A DNA stretch of 64,000 nt, taken from the IMG/VR virus record IMGVR_UViG_3300032225_001769, positions 76,612 through 140,611 of that record; one strand, 5' to 3'. Of the stretch, positions 18,742-27,135 are shown piece by piece. The notes below the pieces were generated by a model. That model was not told the origin of the DNA, made no database searches, and worked only from the letters and a program-made list of their open reading frames with translations. A program made the translations under genes and the position numbers. Source of the stretch: a virus. Taxonomy: Duplodnaviria; Heunggongvirae; Uroviricota; Caudoviricetes. Position 1 is the first letter of the stretch. Each line of letters starts with the position of its first letter.

Positions 18742-19209
18742 TCAGAGTGTCACAAGATGACTGTAATCTGGAGCATTTTGATGCTTTACAATGACTTTTT
18801 CACCACCATAAGTTTCACCCCAGACTTCACCCCCTTCACCTTTCCATACAATGTAACCTTTAGAGAGTGTAGAGATTGCCTTCAGAAAGAGTTCCTCCTG
18901 ACCAGTCTTGGAATCATAACCATGAATGTGAAGATTTCCATTCTCAACAATCATAGTATCAAAACCTAATTGGTTTAGAATCTCTTCGGCAGTCTTACAC
19001 TCTTCATGATAGTTCCATGCCATCCAAGAGAACCAGCAATTCTTATCGGGTCCAAGATTAGGTGCATTATCTTTACCAGGCCAAGAACCTCCACGCTTTG
19101 TACTGTTCGGAACAGTGAAGTTCAGTTGACACATTGCTTCATAAGCAGCAGGAAGATTCTCGGCAGGAATCGTAAAGGTGCTTTCTTCAATGTAAACGTT
19201 GTAACCCAT
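18742..19209 (-). CDS. hypothetical protein (155 aa from MGYNVYIEEST...)
   Basis: track trimmed. Confidence 0.5.
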   Translation of the reverse strand: MGYNVYIEESTFTIPAENLPAAYEAMCQLNFTVPNSTKRGGSWPGKDNAPNLGPDKNCWFSWMAWNYHEECKTAEEILNQLGFDTMIVENGNLHIHGYDSKTGQEELFLKAISTLSKGYIVWKGEGGEVWGETYGGEKVIVKHQNAPDYSHLVTL

Positions 19210-19290
19210 GATGTGTTTGTGGTTTCGTTTGGTTGACTTGTTAAGTATGGCAGGGATCTTATGAGAACACAAGACCCCTTGTGTCAGTTG

Positions 19291-19533
19291 TTAGACTGTC
19301 ACACTCTCCAGGAGTTCTTCGATAGTTTCATCATCATAACAACAGGAGATTTGCTCCAGAATGTCATTGGGAGATTGAATCCCCAGATTCTCCACAATAG
19401 TATCATAAGCAAATTGCATCAGACATTTAGTATCCATGTCATCCACCATTCGTTCAGCATAGTTCTCAATGAACTGCTGAATCTGATCGCTGGTGAAAGA
19501 ATTGAACTTAGCGGTGAGTTGATCGGTGTTCAT
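19291..19533 (-). CDS. acidic hypothetical protein (80 aa)
   Basis: ORF track. Confidence 0.45.
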   Translation of the reverse strand: MNTDQLTAKFNSFTSDQIQQFIENYAERMVDDMDTKCLMQFAYDTIVENLGIQSPNDILEQISCCYDDETIEELLESVTV

Positions 19534-19610
19534 TGGTTGAGTGGTGCTTTGATTGACTTTGTAATCATAAGGGCACTGGAGGCGATCCTAGTGCCCTCTG
19601 GTGCCAGTTC

Positions 19611-19853
19611 TCAGAGTGTCACACAGGCACCCAGACGAATCTGAGTATAAGAGTCGTGTGGTGCATTATTCATATGATGAATTCCATAGTAATAGCGGCG
19701 AACATTCGTCTCACTCATATCAAAGTGTTCTGCGATTCTGTTAAAGGAATGAGTGGGATATTCCTTCCTATAAAGATTAATCATCTCACACCAGAACTTT
19801 GCATTCTTGGTGCAATTGATGCTTTTCTCGGAATGAACCTTAACTTGTCGCAT
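19611..19853 (-). CDS. small HTH DNA-binding protein, paralog of 17993..18232
   Basis: ..FNRIAEHFDMSETNVRRYYYGIHH..IRLGACVTL. Confidence 0.5.
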   Translation of the reverse strand: MRQVKVHSEKSINCTKNAKFWCEMINLYRKEYPTHSFNRIAEHFDMSETNVRRYYYGIHHMNNAPHDSYTQIRLGACVTL

Positions 19854-19934
19854 GGTGGTGTCGTGTGGTTGACTTGTTCAGTATTGCAGGGATCTCATGA
19901 GAACACAAGATCCCCGGTGACGGTTTCTAGAGTG

Positions 19935-20174
19935 TCACATCAGGTCTTCATACTCTCCAGAATCCATTGCGTCTTCCAGTGCGGTCACCAGACCATCGAA
20001 GTCTTCGGATGCAGGAAGAACACCAGTGAGAATGTTGACCAGATCACCATACTCTTCGCGGAGTTCATTCAAATACTCTTTGCGGTTGGCGTAACCATTG
20101 TCGGTGTAGATGCTCATGATCGGTTCGGGGTGGTGAACGAGTCCAACATAAGGCATGAGAACCGGATGAGTCAA
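19935..20174 (-). CDS. acidic hypothetical protein (79 aa)
   Basis: ORF track; TATAAT hexamer upstream. Confidence 0.45.
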   Translation of the reverse strand: MTHPVLMPYVGLVHHPEPIMSIYTDNGYANRKEYLNELREEYGDLVNILTGVLPASEDFDGLVTALEDAMDSGEYEDLM

Positions 20175-20639
20175 TAGGCAGCGACCAGTTGCAGAATTGG
20201 CACATTATATCCAGATACTAAAATATGACTCCTAAGTGATAAGAATTGAAAAAGCAATTCTATCAGGAATCTTCCCGTCTTTTTGATTTGATTGTATCAC
20301 TAAGTTATTGTTTCCTGTTTTATTATGCCAGAGTCAGGACTAAACTCTCTCCTTTATAATATAAGTTAAAAGCACTTATTTCTTATATCTGTCAGATTGT
20401 TACCTCTTGATCCTGAAGGAGAGTTCAAGTGCTGCTCTGTGATATAATAATCTAAGTGCTATTATTTATACAAGATTAGTACAAATCTGCATAATCCTTT
20501 ACACTGGCATGAACATCTTCGTCTCCTTGAAGATCTAGAATGTCCTTCCAGTTCATGTCTTCCACGTTTAGATCATCATAACACTCAATATCAAGTGTAA
20601 CTCGTACCAGGCGCTTCTGTGCTAACATGATTCATGTGC

Positions 20640-21210
20640 GATGTGTGGTAATTATATCATGCATAGTGTCGATATGCAAGCGATTCGTAGTCCTGTGCAT
20701 CTCGTGCGTACTCCTCTTCAAGATCCTGCGAATAATCATCAGAATCCTGCGAATAATCGTTGCTTGCGTAGTCGAAGTCGTAGTCGTCGTACATAACTCG
20801 TCGAGATCCTGTGGGGTACTGTGTGATTATAGCATGATTCTCGACGAGATGCAAGCACTTTGGGCGTGTCTCGACGAGATTCATGTGGTATATATGCACT
20901 ATCGTCGAGATTTTATAAGATTTTGTAATATAAAGAGTCCTTATGGGGGTTTTTGGGCGGTTCGCGGGGGGTGGGCTTGACAAATGTGCGCGTCTTATGG
21001 TAAACTGCCTAAACTTGCATAAGGATCGAAGGGAATAGAAGGTTTATAAGAAATTATAATCGAAGGGAATAGAAGGTTTATAAGACATTAAACCCTATAA
21101 TACTCATAGGTTTTCCACAGATAACAATAGTTTTCCACACTTTTTCCACAACCAAACAAATTCACAACATACATTTTTTAATACATTTAATTAATAAAAC
21201 AAATTAATTA
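20640..21210. promoter_or_regulatory. non-coding, origin-like/regulatory region: 4 iteron copies CTCG(A/T)CGAGAT (20798-20911), sigma70 promoter, two 27-bp direct repeats (21025-21051, 21059-21085), three TTTTCCACA DnaA-box-like repeats (21111-21150), AT-rich tract 21160-21210
   Basis: all repeats read directly; track ORFs 20657..20983(-) and 20627..20980(+) overlap the iterons and are of doubtful coding value. Confidence 0.5.
20977..21006 (+). promoter_or_regulatory. strong sigma70-type promoter TTGACA-18-TAAACT (TGG extended -10) pointing rightwards
   Basis: consensus -35 and near-consensus -10 with TGn. Confidence 0.55.
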
Positions 21211-21212
21211 AA

Positions 21213-21812
21213 TTAAAACAATCTCACTCTATTTGATTTATCAATACCTTTTGCTTTTTGATATGTAGAAAGACCACCAGCATTAGAAATAAATCCAGTC
21301 ACAGTACATTGAAACTTTTGATTTGCTCCTTTTTTTGCCCTCTCAATTCGTTCATCTAGAGATGAACTTAAATACCCCTTTCTTGACCGCTCGCTTCTTT
21401 GTTCTGGAGTTAAGGATGCATGTCCCTTTATAACTGATTCCCTTCTTTGCTCTGGTGTTCTACTTGCCTGTGCCTTTATTCCCCATTCTCTTCTTTGTTC
21501 TGGAGTTAGACTTGCACTTATTTTTTTTCTATGTTCTTCGGTAACGATAAGTCCAGATGCTCCGTCACCACCATCAGTTTTATTGCGAAGAATACCAGTC
21601 CCATTATCTTTTCTACCAAAGACTTTTATCATATATTCTTCGTGCTTAAATGATTCTTCTTCAGTTAGATTCTGTTTGAGAAAGATTATTCTTGATTTGT
21701 CTTTTGGTGGTTTATATATTCTGTTTTTAGAATGAATCCTGCTTCCTTTTCCTTTACCAATATAATAAGGTGTTTTATCTACTCTCAAATAAGCATAAGT
21801 ATAATAATTCAT
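21213..21812 (-). CDS. GIY-YIG homing endonuclease, paralog of 17317..17895
   Basis: 199 aa; N-terminal ~100 aa nearly identical to other copy (YYTYAYLRVDKTPYYIGKGKG). Confidence 0.8.
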   Translation of the reverse strand: MNYYTYAYLRVDKTPYYIGKGKGSRIHSKNRIYKPPKDKSRIIFLKQNLTEEESFKHEEYMIKVFGRKDNGTGILRNKTDGGDGASGLIVTEEHRKKISASLTPEQRREWGIKAQASRTPEQRRESVIKGHASLTPEQRSERSRKGYLSSSLDERIERAKKGANQKFQCTVTGFISNAGGLSTYQKAKGIDKSNRVRLF

Positions 21813-21813
21813 A

Positions 21814-22167
21814 CTACCTCAACTTACTCTTGATTTGTGTGAGACAATCATTAAATCCTTCTACACTACACTCTACATAAGCATTTTGACTTCCTGCTGC
21901 CGATTGTTCTTTCGGCAACCATTTCTCAACCGCACCCAAAACATCATCAATAAACATAGGTCTGTCAAGTTTACGAAGAGCATCATAAAGTGTCGTTGGT
22001 TCTGGTGATTTATGCTTTTCCATTTCTTTGAGAAGTTCTAATTTTGCTTGAAGGACTTTGATTTTTGCTTCTGTTTTTTCAATTTCCGTCATTGGTGGTT
22101 CCTTGGTTGAAGTTGTTATTTTACGGGATGGTGTGGTTCTATGTAATAGATGATCTTTGAGATTCAT
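21814..22167 (-). CDS. hypothetical protein (117 aa)
   Basis: ORF track; 1-nt gap to GIY-YIG start. Confidence 0.45.
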   Translation of the reverse strand: MNLKDHLLHRTTPSRKITTSTKEPPMTEIEKTEAKIKVLQAKLELLKEMEKHKSPEPTTLYDALRKLDRPMFIDDVLGAVEKWLPKEQSAAGSQNAYVECSVEGFNDCLTQIKSKLR

Positions 22168-22173
22168 TTGTAA

Positions 22174-22389
22174 TTAACAACTACCAAATCTGAACGACTT
22201 GAATAGACTGTGACCATAATCATTACTCACAAAGAACCCAAGTAGTTCCAGTTTCTGTTTGTCTTCCTCGGATACATCATCAGGACGAATTTCTGGAGTA
22301 ATTGTGAGTTCATCATGCTCACAATGAGTTGGAAATTCGGGATTTCCATACTTGGAAAGAATTTGCAGTGCTTGAATCAAGTCGTTCAT
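22174..22389 (-). CDS. hypothetical protein (71 aa)
   Basis: ORF track. Confidence 0.4.
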   Translation of the reverse strand: MNDLIQALQILSKYGNPEFPTHCEHDELTITPEIRPDDVSEEDKQKLELLGFFVSNDYGHSLFKSFRFGSC

Positions 22390-22391
22390 AA

Positions 22392-23123
22392 TTAGTGCTT
22401 CAGAGTGGGCATGAGACGCAAACCATCACGAAAGATGGCATTTTTCATGTTGCAACGAACAGTGCTCAGAGTTTCCATAGTGGCAACAGTGTTCACAAGA
22501 AACATTTTTTCAAGTTCTTCACGAATACGCTCAACTGAAACCTTGCTCAGCATTTCAGCAGCAAAGTCACTGTTGACCGCATCCCAGGTATCTGCATCAA
22601 TGTCGAATCCTTTGGTAATATGAAACCTCAGTGCTCGCATGACTCTCAACCCATCTTCTGCGATTCGGTCAGTAGGATTGCCCACAAACTTCAGCAGATT
22701 ATCTTGTAGATCTTGGCGACCACCAAAAGGATCAATCAATTCATTATCCAACCTTGCCATTGCATTGACGGTGAAATCCCGGCGCTCCAGATCGTCCATG
22801 AGAGTACCGGCCAGTACAAAATCAGGCCGCCTGCCGTCGCTGCTAGGACCGTCCTTGCGGGCAAGTACGAAGTCAGCAACGTTTGTGCGATGCTTCAGAG
22901 GATGCCCATCAGGAACCTGTGCCCGAACAGTGAAGAATTCAGGAGTTTCCAAAAATACTTTGAAACCACACCATTTTAGATGTGCTACAAGATTTTTAAA
23001 GGCATCATTGGCATCTCGATGAAACTCTAGAGAACGTGGAATTGCAACGAAATCAACATCCTTGGATTTTACACCGAGAAAAGAATCTCGAACTGCTCCA
23101 CCCACTTCTGCGAATTGAAACAC
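22392..23123 (-). CDS. cca: tRNA nucleotidyltransferase (CCA-adding enzyme), minimal head-domain form
   Basis: 243 aa; class-II polbeta-NTase motifs GGAVRDSFLG..DVD, ERRDFTVNAMA, DPFGG..DL....L..VG.P..R..EDGLRVMRALRF; GTG start with GGAGA SD. Confidence 0.8.
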   Translation of the reverse strand: MFQFAEVGGAVRDSFLGVKSKDVDFVAIPRSLEFHRDANDAFKNLVAHLKWCGFKVFLETPEFFTVRAQVPDGHPLKHRTNVADFVLARKDGPSSDGRRPDFVLAGTLMDDLERRDFTVNAMARLDNELIDPFGGRQDLQDNLLKFVGNPTDRIAEDGLRVMRALRFHITKGFDIDADTWDAVNSDFAAEMLSKVSVERIREELEKMFLVNTVATMETLSTVRCNMKNAIFRDGLRLMPTLKH

Positions 23124-23207
23124 TTTCAGTCTCCGTTGTGTACGAATGTATTATAAGGAATCACAGGGACTTTATGAGTGTCCCTGTGCCAGTTGTTAAA
23201 GTGTCCT
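23124..23207 (-). promoter_or_regulatory. cassette element subfamily III: box GGACACTTTAACAACTGGCACAG + hairpin GGGAC-N9-GTCCC + CCTTATAAT -10; near-identical copy at 23700-23774
   Basis: read directly. Confidence 0.6.
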
Positions 23208-23693
23208 CAAGTATTGATAAAGATGATGTGCATAAATGGATTTGTTGATATAAAGAATTTCACCAGTTTCTTTATTAAGTTTTACTCCATAATCAAGAGA
23301 AGGATTTTCAATACTATTCATAATGACAATATCATCTTTTGTGAATATTGGATTGATATTAAATTTATCCATTTCAACAAGTTTATGAAACTCCTGAAGT
23401 TCCTCTTCGGTCAAATCACTTACATAGTTACTATAGTCAACCGGAATTTGAATTCTATCATTTTCAAACTTTTCATATTGATATTTTTTTTCTTTGCCGT
23501 ATTTGAACGACATATTATCAGTATCAATGTTATCTCTCAGGTCATCTTCAAATGCTTCAATTACATACCTTTTATAACCTTTTTGAGATGGAATATTCTC
23601 AGTATCCACACACCATTCAAGATAATCTTCAACAGAAAACTTAGAGGTATGAGTAAAGGTAATTGTGATTGATTGAAGAGTGATAGTATCCAT
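23196..23693 (-). CDS. hypothetical protein (165 aa)
   Basis: ORF track. Confidence 0.5.
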   Translation of the reverse strand: MDTITLQSITITFTHTSKFSVEDYLEWCVDTENIPSQKGYKRYVIEAFEDDLRDNIDTDNMSFKYGKEKKYQYEKFENDRIQIPVDYSNYVSDLTEEELQEFHKLVEMDKFNINPIFTKDDIVIMNSIENPSLDYGVKLNKETGEILYINKSIYAHHLYQYLRTL

Positions 23694-23773
23694 CAGGTTT
23701 CTTTGTCTAAGAATGTATCATAAGGAATCACAGGGACTTTATGAGTGTCCCCGTGCCAGTTGTTAAAGTGTCC

Positions 23774-24316
23774 TCAACTCTTATGATTTTTATCAAATGG
23801 TGCCTTGAAATAATGATTTGCAGCAGAATGGAAAATCATTACACCTTCAGGATTATAAAAATTAGGAGAGACGACAGATCCATAAAACCAAAGATGTTCC
23901 ATTACATCATCAAGTGCATTTGTACTAAACTCTCCAGTATAAAGAGTCGGAACAACATGGCAACAAGCAGGAAGATTTTCTTCATTCCAGATACTTACAT
24001 TAAACAGTGAGAATCGTTTCTCGCCCTTTGGAAGATTATAACCTCGTTGAATACCAGAACCCCACCATTCTCCGTGATGATGACCAGCACCAAGTTTCAT
24101 CAATTCGCTCTTATTTTCAGATGCCCAGCGATGAAATCCAAAATTGTCAGATTCTGCACTCAACCAACGATTACGACTTCCAATAAACATATCTCCATCA
24201 TCAGTGATGTAGATAAGACCATTAGTTCCGTCAATCTTTTCAGTGACCACGCATTCTTTATGAAGACGGGGAATTTTGGGAAAGGGAATAAATTCGGGAT
24301 AGTCAGTTTGATTCAT
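23774..24316 (-). CDS. putative RNA ligase, Rnl2-like nucleotidyltransferase domain (PF09414-like)
   Basis: 180 aa; ligase motif I TEKIDGTNG (KxDG); acidic motif-III/IV-like stretches. Confidence 0.55.
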   Translation of the reverse strand: MNQTDYPEFIPFPKIPRLHKECVVTEKIDGTNGLIYITDDGDMFIGSRNRWLSAESDNFGFHRWASENKSELMKLGAGHHHGEWWGSGIQRGYNLPKGEKRFSLFNVSIWNEENLPACCHVVPTLYTGEFSTNALDDVMEHLWFYGSVVSPNFYNPEGVMIFHSAANHYFKAPFDKNHKS

Positions 24317-24376
24317 TAGTTTTGTCTCCTTAATGTGTAAAATAATAACAACCTTTCTGTATGAATACTGGCATGA

Positions 24377-24733
24377 TCAAGAAGCAATTTTTACATATTC
24401 AGAACTAAAACCACCAATCCATTCTTGATTTTGATACAAGAACGCAATTGCATCATCAGTACAAGAAGTTACATCACCAGGAAATGCAATGTATTGAGTC
24501 TGCTCATCGGTAAAGTCTGGAAATCCAATATCTTTCATTTCCAGTTCTGATAGGCAAAACTCTTCATCATCATATGCTTTTTCATTCATAGCATCAAACT
24601 CACTCTTACTCATCACCAGTTCTTCATAGACAACACGGCGACGAACAAGTGTAACTTTTTCAGAGTCATTCATTTCTTGAATATCCCAACCCATATTTGC
24701 TGCAATGGCGGGATGAACTAAAGTAGGATTCAT
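24377..24733 (-). CDS. acidic hypothetical protein (118 aa from MNPTLVHPAI...)
   Basis: track trimmed at leader (..NKSTKRKRSL). Confidence 0.45.
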   Translation of the reverse strand: MNPTLVHPAIAANMGWDIQEMNDSEKVTLVRRRVVYEELVMSKSEFDAMNEKAYDDEEFCLSELEMKDIGFPDFTDEQTQYIAFPGDVTSCTDDAIAFLYQNQEWIGGFSSEYVKIAS

Positions 24734-24893
24734 GAGAGATCGTTTGCGTTTGGTTGACTTGTTCATTATAAGGCACAAGAAGGTGAATCAGTGACTACCT
24801 TGTGCCAGTTGATCAAGTGGTCTCAATCTTCGTAATCATCCTCATTATCTCTACAATATACATTTGCCTTTGTCTTTCTAGGATCTAATGGTT

Positions 24894-25619
24894 TCAATCT
24901 TCCCATTCATTACCATAATCAGGACCAATTCCAGTTTTAGTATCACCGGACATGGGTTTTAATCTTTTCTTACCTTTTGCCTTTTGCTTAGGTGATGGTT
25001 CTCTACCTACACTTGCATATTGATCTCCTGATTGACCTACTGGACCAAAACCTGCTCTTTGATACAATTTTGACCTTGTATTCTTTTCTGGATTTTCATC
25101 TGTTGGATTAGAAAGTGGATAATTAGTTAGCACTGACCCATGAGGAAGACGATGTTGAACATGTGTATCCCAGACATTCTTTGCATCTCTTGCAATTTGT
25201 TTTTTATTAGCATCATCAGATTTATCACGACCAGCACTATACCACATTATATCATGAACTGGTTTACCATCTTTCGTTTTGTTTCCGGTATTTTTCACAA
25301 GATAATTGATTCCCTTAGAACGCACTCTCAATAATTTATCTCTATCAGTAAAAACCTCTGCATCTGGATGAGAACTTGAATTAAAGTTAGGATTATCTGC
25401 ACCGTGTCTAACCTTATCATTTGATCTTGTAATTTGCTTTAGACTTCTTCCCAAATGTCTCATTCTTTCTTCGTGTTCTGAAGAATCTTTATATTTTCTC
25501 TTATTTCTAAAATATGAAGATCTAGACTTTCCATATGGCGTTTTTCCAGATGGCAACTTCTCATCTGGGGCATAATACCTTTCTTGAAGATCGCATATGA
25601 ATTGAGAATATGTCTTCAT
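24894..25619 (-). CDS. highly basic, low-complexity hypothetical protein (241 aa from MKTYSQFICDLQERYY...)
   Basis: track 24894..25682 trimmed to first plausible ATG. Confidence 0.45.
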   Translation of the reverse strand: MKTYSQFICDLQERYYAPDEKLPSGKTPYGKSRSSYFRNKRKYKDSSEHEERMRHLGRSLKQITRSNDKVRHGADNPNFNSSSHPDAEVFTDRDKLLRVRSKGINYLVKNTGNKTKDGKPVHDIMWYSAGRDKSDDANKKQIARDAKNVWDTHVQHRLPHGSVLTNYPLSNPTDENPEKNTRSKLYQRAGFGPVGQSGDQYASVGREPSPKQKAKGKKRLKPMSGDTKTGIGPDYGNEWED

Positions 25620-25635
25620 CTTTGTCCTTTTTATT

Positions 25636-26043
25636 TTATTTATCAATAAGTTCGTCAAGTAAGGACTCAAACTCAGGATCAATCAGAGGTTCTTCATATT
25701 TTTCACAATAAACATAGATAATCTCCGGAACACTGCCAAAATATCCTTGTAACCATGGACACAACCACAGTTTCATTGAACTCAGTTTATCTGTATAATA
25801 TGAACCAGATTTATCAGTCTCAATCAATTTGATTTCGGTAATTGCACGATCAAATGAATCAGTATCGAGATAGAAATTGATCTTATCACCCGATACTGGT
25901 TTAATGTTATTCAATACTTCAAAATACCAATCAATCACAGTTTCAGTACCATTATATAATGCTTCTGCGACTGTATTCTGGTGTTCATGATCGAATGCCC
26001 AAATGCCATATTCAGTTTTATATGCAGTGATTTTAAGTTTCAT
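25636..26043 (-). CDS. hypothetical protein (135 aa)
   Basis: ORF track. Confidence 0.5.
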   Translation of the reverse strand: MKLKITAYKTEYGIWAFDHEHQNTVAEALYNGTETVIDWYFEVLNNIKPVSGDKINFYLDTDSFDRAITEIKLIETDKSGSYYTDKLSSMKLWLCPWLQGYFGSVPEIIYVYCEKYEEPLIDPEFESLLDELIDK

Positions 26044-26134
26044 AAGATTATAAAGTTTATCTTTGTATTATACAAGAAGTAACGACCACATGAAGGGGTC
26101 TTGTGCCAGTTCGTCAAGTGTCCTTTAGGATGTT

Positions 26135-26599
26135 TTAAAAATTCCCTTTACCCTGACCCACATCGAAGACCCAGATGCCTCGATTGATCCACATATCAAC
26201 CACTCGCTTTCGATCATCGAAAACCATTAGAATGTTATGAGTCTTTTCAATTTCATCTGCAATCTCACCTTTGACGATTGAATCATCACGTTTGTCATGC
26301 TCCTTTCTCATAAGAAGAGAATGATATTCAAAACAGTGCTTTGCCAACCATTCTTCAGTTTTTTCACGATAATCATTAGACCTACCAGACACAAAAATAA
26401 GGTCAGTTTCCTTATCAATGTAGTAAGTTAGTGCTCGGAATACAAATTCCACAGCAGCATTCGGCGTATCATTCATCATGCCCTCATTCCATGCCCTCCA
26501 GTTTTTCGGTTTGTTGGCAACAAAGTGACGACGATGAAGAACATCACACAGAGTTCCATCCAAATCGAAACAAATCGCATTTCTTTTAATCATAATCAA
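26135..26599 (-). CDS. pseT: polynucleotide 3'-phosphatase (HAD family), Pnk C-terminal domain as separate ORF
   Basis: 154 aa; HAD motif I FDLDGTL at N-terminus; ATGA overlap with kinase ORF. Confidence 0.7.
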   Translation of the reverse strand: MIMIKRNAICFDLDGTLCDVLHRRHFVANKPKNWRAWNEGMMNDTPNAAVEFVFRALTYYIDKETDLIFVSGRSNDYREKTEEWLAKHCFEYHSLLMRKEHDKRDDSIVKGEIADEIEKTHNILMVFDDRKRVVDMWINRGIWVFDVGQGKGNF

Positions 26600-27108
26600 T
26601 TACCTCGCTCAATGGTTTCAAAGTTTTCGGTGTTGTTGGGAATCTGAAATGAATAGTACATGGACTTCAAAACACTTTCAGGAATGATCTTTCCTTCACG
26701 ATGCCTATTCCGTTCTAGTGCTTCTTCCAGAGTGATTTCAAAATAAACTGCTTTCTTGTGATAATGTTTTGGAACACGGGAAGTCTTAGTCTTGCGGGTC
26801 TTGGGTGTGAGATTCGTTTGATCCCAGATAATATCACGACCCTCATGAACTGCAAACTTCAATTGTTTCCACATAAACTCGGTTGCTGCGGAAATATGAT
26901 CTTGGAAGACCTCATTATATGTTTTACCCTGCTCTTCCGCAACTTTTTGAATGTAATTGTCCGTAGAAAGAACAACTGCATTTTGCCAGTATGGTTGAGA
27001 AAGTAGAGTTTTGACATAAGTGGACTTTCCGGAAGTAGGAATGCCACAAAGAAGAATCAGTTCCATGTGATTGGTGTGTATGTGAATACTATAGGGCATC
27101 AGAATCAA
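26596..27108 (-). CDS. pseT: polynucleotide 5'-kinase (P-loop), Pnk N-terminal domain as separate ORF
   Basis: 170 aa; Walker A LLCGIPTSGKST; T4 Pnk kinase-domain-like. Confidence 0.7.
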   Translation of the reverse strand: MILMPYSIHIHTNHMELILLCGIPTSGKSTYVKTLLSQPYWQNAVVLSTDNYIQKVAEEQGKTYNEVFQDHISAATEFMWKQLKFAVHEGRDIIWDQTNLTPKTRKTKTSRVPKHYHKKAVYFEITLEEALERNRHREGKIIPESVLKSMYYSFQIPNNTENFETIERGN

Positions 27109-27135
27109 AAGTCATCATGCCCTTGTGCCAGTTGA

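Noticed and set aside
14608-19272. Recurrent N-termini MPYDYKVNQR and (I/N)KSTTxDRPM in ORF-track proteins (14608..15081, 15117..15671, 15874..16155, 18510..18707, 8080..8763, 8868..9230, 10493..10801, 11408..11764, 14384..14566, 16198..16641, 18742..19272, 24377..24778)
   Set aside because: These are translations of the conserved promoter/leader DNA (TATGATTACAAAGTCAACC..., AAGTCAACCACACCAGACCGACCG) in two frames. Real starts are the next ATG. They are not a shared signal peptide.
20657-20983. 108-aa minus ORF with DY/acidic repeats across the iteron block
   Set aside because: It overlaps the sigma70 promoter and the iterons. Its periodic composition is explained by the DNA direct repeats (ATCCTGCGAATAATC x2, CTCGNCGAGAT x4). 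Coding status is doubtful, though not excluded.
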